Source: an uncultured Deinococcaceae bacterium | GTDB taxonomy: Bacteria; Deinococcota; Deinococci; Deinococcales; Deinococcaceae | Length of the DNA: 11,072 bases | Reading direction: 5' to 3' | Assembly: GCA_964252075.1 (NCBI GenBank) | Contig: CAXULY010000081.1 | Location: 1 to 11,072, forward strand | Shown: positions 7,599 to 11,072 of the stretch, one piece after another | Layout: each line of letters starts with the position of its first letter | How positions within the stretch are numbered: the stretch's first letter is position 1 | Notes under the pieces: generated by a model | Databases searched by the model: none | The model's input: the letters and a program-made list of their open reading frames with translations, nothing else | What the model was told of the DNA's origin: nothing | Position numbers and translations under genes: made by a program

Positions 7599-7849
7599 CG
7601 GACGGGCCGCCTCCCCCACGAGGAAGGCCGCGCCTTCAGTCCGGAACAGCCGCACGACCCACATCGGGACGCCGTAACTACAGGAGGGTGAACGGGCGAG
7701 CAGACGCCGTTATCGTTCCCGACTTCTCCATTGGGTCTGGAAGCCATGGTGGTTTGCGAAGAGCACCGCTTGGCCCGCCCTTAAGCGAGCAGCACCCCAT
7801 CTGCTGTGTCCGACGCGCTGGAGGCCGTGGACGGGGCGCCTCCAGGGCG

Positions 7850-7855
7850 TAAGGT
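7850..7855 (+). promoter_or_regulatory. -10 hexamer TAAGGT for a probable leaderless transcript of the DinB-like gene
   Basis: TAnnnT exactly 6 nt upstream of ATG 7862, the arrangement known for leaderless mRNAs in Deinococcus. TAAGGT could alternatively act as a weak SD. Confidence 0.55.
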
Positions 7856-7861
7856 GCCGCC

Positions 7862-8289
7862 ATGGACACGTGGGACGACTTCCTCCTCACGGGCGGCTTC
7901 GCCCCCCGCGAACTGCTGCTGCGGCACCTCACCGCCGAACAGGCGGGCACCGTCCCGACGGGCGCCCCGCACAGCGTTGACCAGGAGCTCTGGCACGCCG
8001 GGGCGGTCTTGCGCATCGTGCTCGACCAGGGTCAGGACGGACTCGGCCGCTGGCCGTACGCAGCGCATTTCCCCGCGTCCCCCAGGCCGGCCAGCCAAGA
8101 CGAATGCGACACCCTGGTGGCCGCCTTCCTGAGCGACGCACGGCGGGCCGTGCAGGACTCGGCGTGGCTGAACGCCCCCGAGCCGGGATCACTGAGCACC
8201 GCGTGGCGGGATGCGCTGGCGTTTGGGCGGTGCACACGGCGGACCACCTGGGCCGGGTCGTGCAGCCCCGTCCACTCATGCACCTGTGA
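7862..8289 (+). pseudogene. DinB/YfiT-superfamily protein with a 1-nt frameshift near 8222-8226
   Basis: Frame from 7862: 'LLRHLTAEQAGTVPTGAPHSVDQELWH' (first metal His, H45). The C-terminal DinB motif 'AVHTADHLGRVV' (His codons 8233 and 8245) lies in the -1 frame ending at TGA 8287-8289. Joining the frames gives about 142 aa. Confidence 0.75.
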
Positions 8290-8307
8290 CCACCGCAGGC
8301 CTGAGGC

Positions 8308-8757
8308 ATGAAAAGGTCAAGTCGGGGCGATCCACTCGACGTCGTGCGGGGCGTCGTCTTCCTCCTCGTGGGGCTCGCGCTGGTCCTCGGCATGCTGTTC
8401 GAGGCGCGCAGCACCCTGAACTTCAACCGGCGGGCCCTGCACGCGCAGGGCACCGTCATCCGCTTGAACGCGGGCGGGTCACACCCCGAGATCCAGTTCA
8501 GGACCCGAGGCGGCCAGACCATCGAGTTCCCTCAGGGCGGCATGATCGCCAGGTACGCGCCGGGACAGCAGGTGTCGGTGCTGTACGACCCGGACTGGCC
8601 ACGGAGCGTCACGCTGAACACCTTCGGGGCGCAGTGGGGGTTCACCGTGATGTCGTTTCTGATGGGCCTGGTGTTTGCCGGTGCAGGCTGGTTCATCCTG
8701 CGGGCCTACATTCGAGCGCGCGATGCATGGGGCCTGAGCGCGCGTCCTGGCCGATAA
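8308..8757 (+). CDS. DUF3592-like membrane protein, 149 aa
   Basis: N-terminal TM (VVFLLVGLALVLGMLF), beta-rich middle 'AQGTVI..HPEIQFRT..G..PGQQVSVLYDPDWP', C-terminal TM (FTVMSFLMGLVFAGAGWFIL). Confidence 0.85.
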   Translation: MKRSSRGDPLDVVRGVVFLLVGLALVLGMLFEARSTLNFNRRALHAQGTVIRLNAGGSHPEIQFRTRGGQTIEFPQGGMIARYAPGQQVSVLYDPDWPRSVTLNTFGAQWGFTVMSFLMGLVFAGAGWFILRAYIRARDAWGLSARPGR

Positions 8758-9180
8758 CCGCCGCGCCTGCAGGAGGTGCTGGCTCGAAGACACAGTCCGT
8801 CCCCAACGATTGCTGACGCGCTTGAACCCACCGGGCGGGCCTGTGGGACTGGCGACCGAGCCATCCGGGCAAGTGCCCGACCTCCTCCCTGTGGGGGGCT
8901 GGCATGTCCGTTCCGTTCAAAGGAAGGGCGTCGCATCGCCCGGTATCGTGGCCGTTGCCGGCCTGCATGATGAGGGTTCACGTGCCGCTCGGATACAGAT
9001 CGCTCAGGGCGGCGAGCGGCCTTCCTGACCGTGCAGCACCCATGCACGGCCGTATGGACGCGCATGGGGCGCGATTGCATCACCGAGAGTGAAATGGCAT
9101 GGTCCGCAATGGCGCCTGCCTTCCCGCCGCCACTGGCTCATGTGCAGGAGGCCGGGCGGCGCCGAGCGCGGTGCAGTCCC

Positions 9181-11072
9181 CTACGCGCGTTTGGGCAGGG
9201 TGAAGCCGAAGGTGGCGCCCTCCCCGAGGCGACCTTCCGCGAAGACCGTGCCGCCGTGGCGCGCCACGATGCGCCGCACGTTGGCGAGGCCCACCCCGGT
9301 GCCCTCGAAGTCCTGCGCGCGGTGCAGGCGCTGGAAGATGCCGAACAGCTTGCTGGTGTAGTGCGGGTCGAAGCCCACGCCGTTGTCGCGCACGAACACC
9401 CGCCACATGTGCGCGTTGTCCTGCGCCCACACCTCAATCACGGCGTGCGGGCGCGTCCGGGTGTACTTGACGGCGTTGGAGAGGAGGTTGGTGACGGCCT
9501 GCTGGAGGGTGCTGCGGTCGCCCAGCACGCTGGGGAGCGCCGCAATGCGCCACGTGACGTCGCGGCCCGCCAGGTCCGGTTCGAGGTCCGCCTGCGCCTG
9601 CCGCACCAGCACCTCCAGGTCCACGGTCCCCATGCGCAGTTCGCGGCGTCCCAGGCGCGACATCTGCAGCATCGCGTCAATCAGTTCGCGCATGCGCCCG
9701 CCCGCCCGCTCAATCACGTCCAGGTACCGCAGGGCGTGCGGGTCCGCGGCGAGGTGCTGCTGCGCGAGTTGCGTGAAGCTCGCGATGTGCCGCACGGGCG
9801 TCATGAGGTCGTGCGAGACGCTGTAATTGAAGGCCTCCAGCTCCTCGTTCGCCTGCTCCAGCGCCAGCGCGTGCGTCCGCAGGGCCTCATGGCTGACCTG
9901 CAGCGCGTCTGCAGCCCGCTGGCGTTGCCCCAGCGCCTCCGCGCGCTCCAGCGCCAGCGTGAGTTGCCCGCCGACGGTTTCCAGCACCGCGCGGTCCGCG
10001 CGTGACCACGGGCGGACGGTGTACAGCGCGAAACCCAGCACCCCCCGCGTCTCCCCGTTCACCACCACCGGCAGCGTCACGGAGGTCCCCGGGTATACGG
10101 ATACGGCGCGCCCCGCCACCCCATCGGCGTCCGGACCGGACTCGTTCTGGTAGTGCGCCTCGCCACTGCGGAACGGCATGATCAGGTTGGTGGTGTCCTC
10201 GAACGGCAGGCCCGCGTCGAGCGCCGCCTGCAACTCGGGTGTGTTCGCATGACCCACCTGGGACACCACGCGCCACACCGCGCCCTCCGGCTCAAAGTAA
10301 AGCGAGAAGCCGGGCGGCAGCAGCTTCAGCACGACCTCCTGCGTGCGCCGCATCAGGCGGCGCTGGTCCGTCTCCATCACCAGGTCGCGGGTGAGCGCCG
10401 CGAAGCTCAGCAGGGCCTGCGTGCGCGCGTCGAGTTCCGCGTTCCGCTGCTGCAGGCGCTCGGCGTGACCGGCGCGTTCGAGGGCGAGGTCCAGGCCGCG
10501 CCCCACCGCGCGGAAGATGGCGCGGTCCTGCTCCGGCCAGTCGCTCTGCCCGACGAGCGTGATGGCGAAGAAACCCTGCACCGCCCCACCGACCACGATG
10601 GGGTAAGCGGCCGCGGCGCTGTACGCGCCGCTGTGCGCCATGCCCTGCGCGTCAGGGTCCCAGTGCTCAACGAAGGTGGGCTCCCGCGAGGCCAGCAGCA
10701 GCGCGATGCTGGGGAGGTCGCTGCCCAGGCCCGCCTGCAGGTGGGCGACGTAGGCGGGGTCGACACTCGCGCCTCTGGTCAGGGTCTGCAGAACCCACCG
10801 GTCCCCCACCTTCCCGTAGTACCCGCCGGCACACCCGGGGAAGTGGGCGCGCAGCGTGTCGACGGCGCGCTGCGCCAGCGGCAGCAGTTCCGTTTCGCGG
10901 CCCACCGCTTCGCTGTACGTGACGAAGGCGTCCAGCGTGGCGGTGCGCGCCCGCACGCGCTGATCGAGGCGGTCCAGGAGGGCCACACGGTCGAGGGCGA
11001 TGGCGGCCTGCACGGTGAGGGTGCGCAGGAAGCGCTGCTCCTCGGGCGTGAAGGGGTGCGGCTCGCGGAAGT
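9181..11072 (-). CDS. Multi-GAF sensor histidine kinase, 5'-truncated by the window edge
   Basis: The frame stays open beyond 11013 to the edge (FREPHPFTPEEQRFLRTLTVQAAIALDR, a GAF C-terminal helix) and two further GAF domains follow. H-box EAFNYSVSHDLMTPVRHI (His codon 9811-9813), N NLLSNAVKY, G1 DNGVGF, F LFGIFQRLH, G2 GTGVGLA. Confidence 0.93.
   Translation of the reverse strand, partial: FREPHPFTPEEQRFLRTLTVQAAIALDRVALLDRLDQRVRARTATLDAFVTYSEAVGRETELLPLAQRAVDTLRAHFPGCAGGYYGKVGDRWVLQTLTRGASVDPAYVAHLQAGLGSDLPSIALLLASREPTFVEHWDPDAQGMAHSGAYSAAAAYPIVVGGAVQGFFAITLVGQSDWPEQDRAIFRAVGRGLDLALERAGHAERLQQRNAELDARTQALLSFAALTRDLVMETDQRRLMRRTQEVVLKLLPPGFSLYFEPEGAVWRVVSQVGHANTPELQAALDAGLPFEDTTNLIMPFRSGEAHYQNESGPDADGVAGRAVSVYPGTSVTLPVVVNGETRGVLGFALYTVRPWSRADRAVLETVGGQLTLALERAEALGQRQRAADALQVSHEALRTHALALEQANEELEAFNYSVSHDLMTPVRHIASFTQLAQQHLAADPHALRYLDVIERAGGRMRELIDAMLQMSRLGRRELRMGTVDLEVLVRQAQADLEPDLAGRDVTWRIAALPSVLGDRSTLQQAVTNLLSNAVKYTRTRPHAVIEVWAQDNAHMWRVFVRDNGVGFDPHYTSKLFGIFQRLHRAQDFEGTGVGLANVRRIVARHGGTVFAEGRLGEGATFGFTLPKRA
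9784..9825. repeat. 42-bp exact repeat, copy 2 (copy 1 at 1030-1071)
   Basis: Identical sequence in the same orientation. A second exact 26-bp match covers the G2 box (530-555 vs 9284-9309). Confidence 0.9.

Noticed and set aside
7623..7637. GAAGGC-cgc-GCCTTC hairpin after the 115-aa gene
   Set aside because: A 6-bp stem without a U-tract is too weak to call a terminator.
7682..7852. AGGAGG followed by a GTG-initiated short ORF
   Set aside because: The SD directly abuts the GTG with no spacer, and codon usage is unlike the real genes.
1..11072. CRISPR array, IS/transposase, prophage, RDRM/DdrO box
   Set aside because: No regularly spaced repeats, terminal inverted repeats with a transposase, phage structural cluster or TTAYG-N7-CRTAA match were found by eye.

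Overview
High-GC bacterial accessory region, probably Deinococcus-like (inferred from multi-GAF histidine kinases, a DinB-family gene and -10-type hexamers just upstream of start codons). It holds two paralogous soluble sensor histidine kinases (424-2637 and 9181->11072, minus strand). Between them lie a shortened one-cysteine Asp/Glu/hydantoin racemase-fold gene, a divergent pair of a secreted alpha/beta-hydrolase and a TetR regulator with a palindromic operator candidate, and a lower-GC hairpin-rich stretch (about 5550-6290). Next come a small sensor-less kinase homologue whose phosphoacceptor His aligns to Arg, a divergent 115-aa 'IAWLLWGG' protein of unknown function, a frameshifted DinB-like gene and a DUF3592-like membrane protein. 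No response regulator, tRNA/rRNA, transposase or CRISPR array was seen. The best candidate for undescribed biology is the His-less pseudokinase lying between two kinases with identical H-boxes; this is inference. Family calls come from motif recognition, not database searches.
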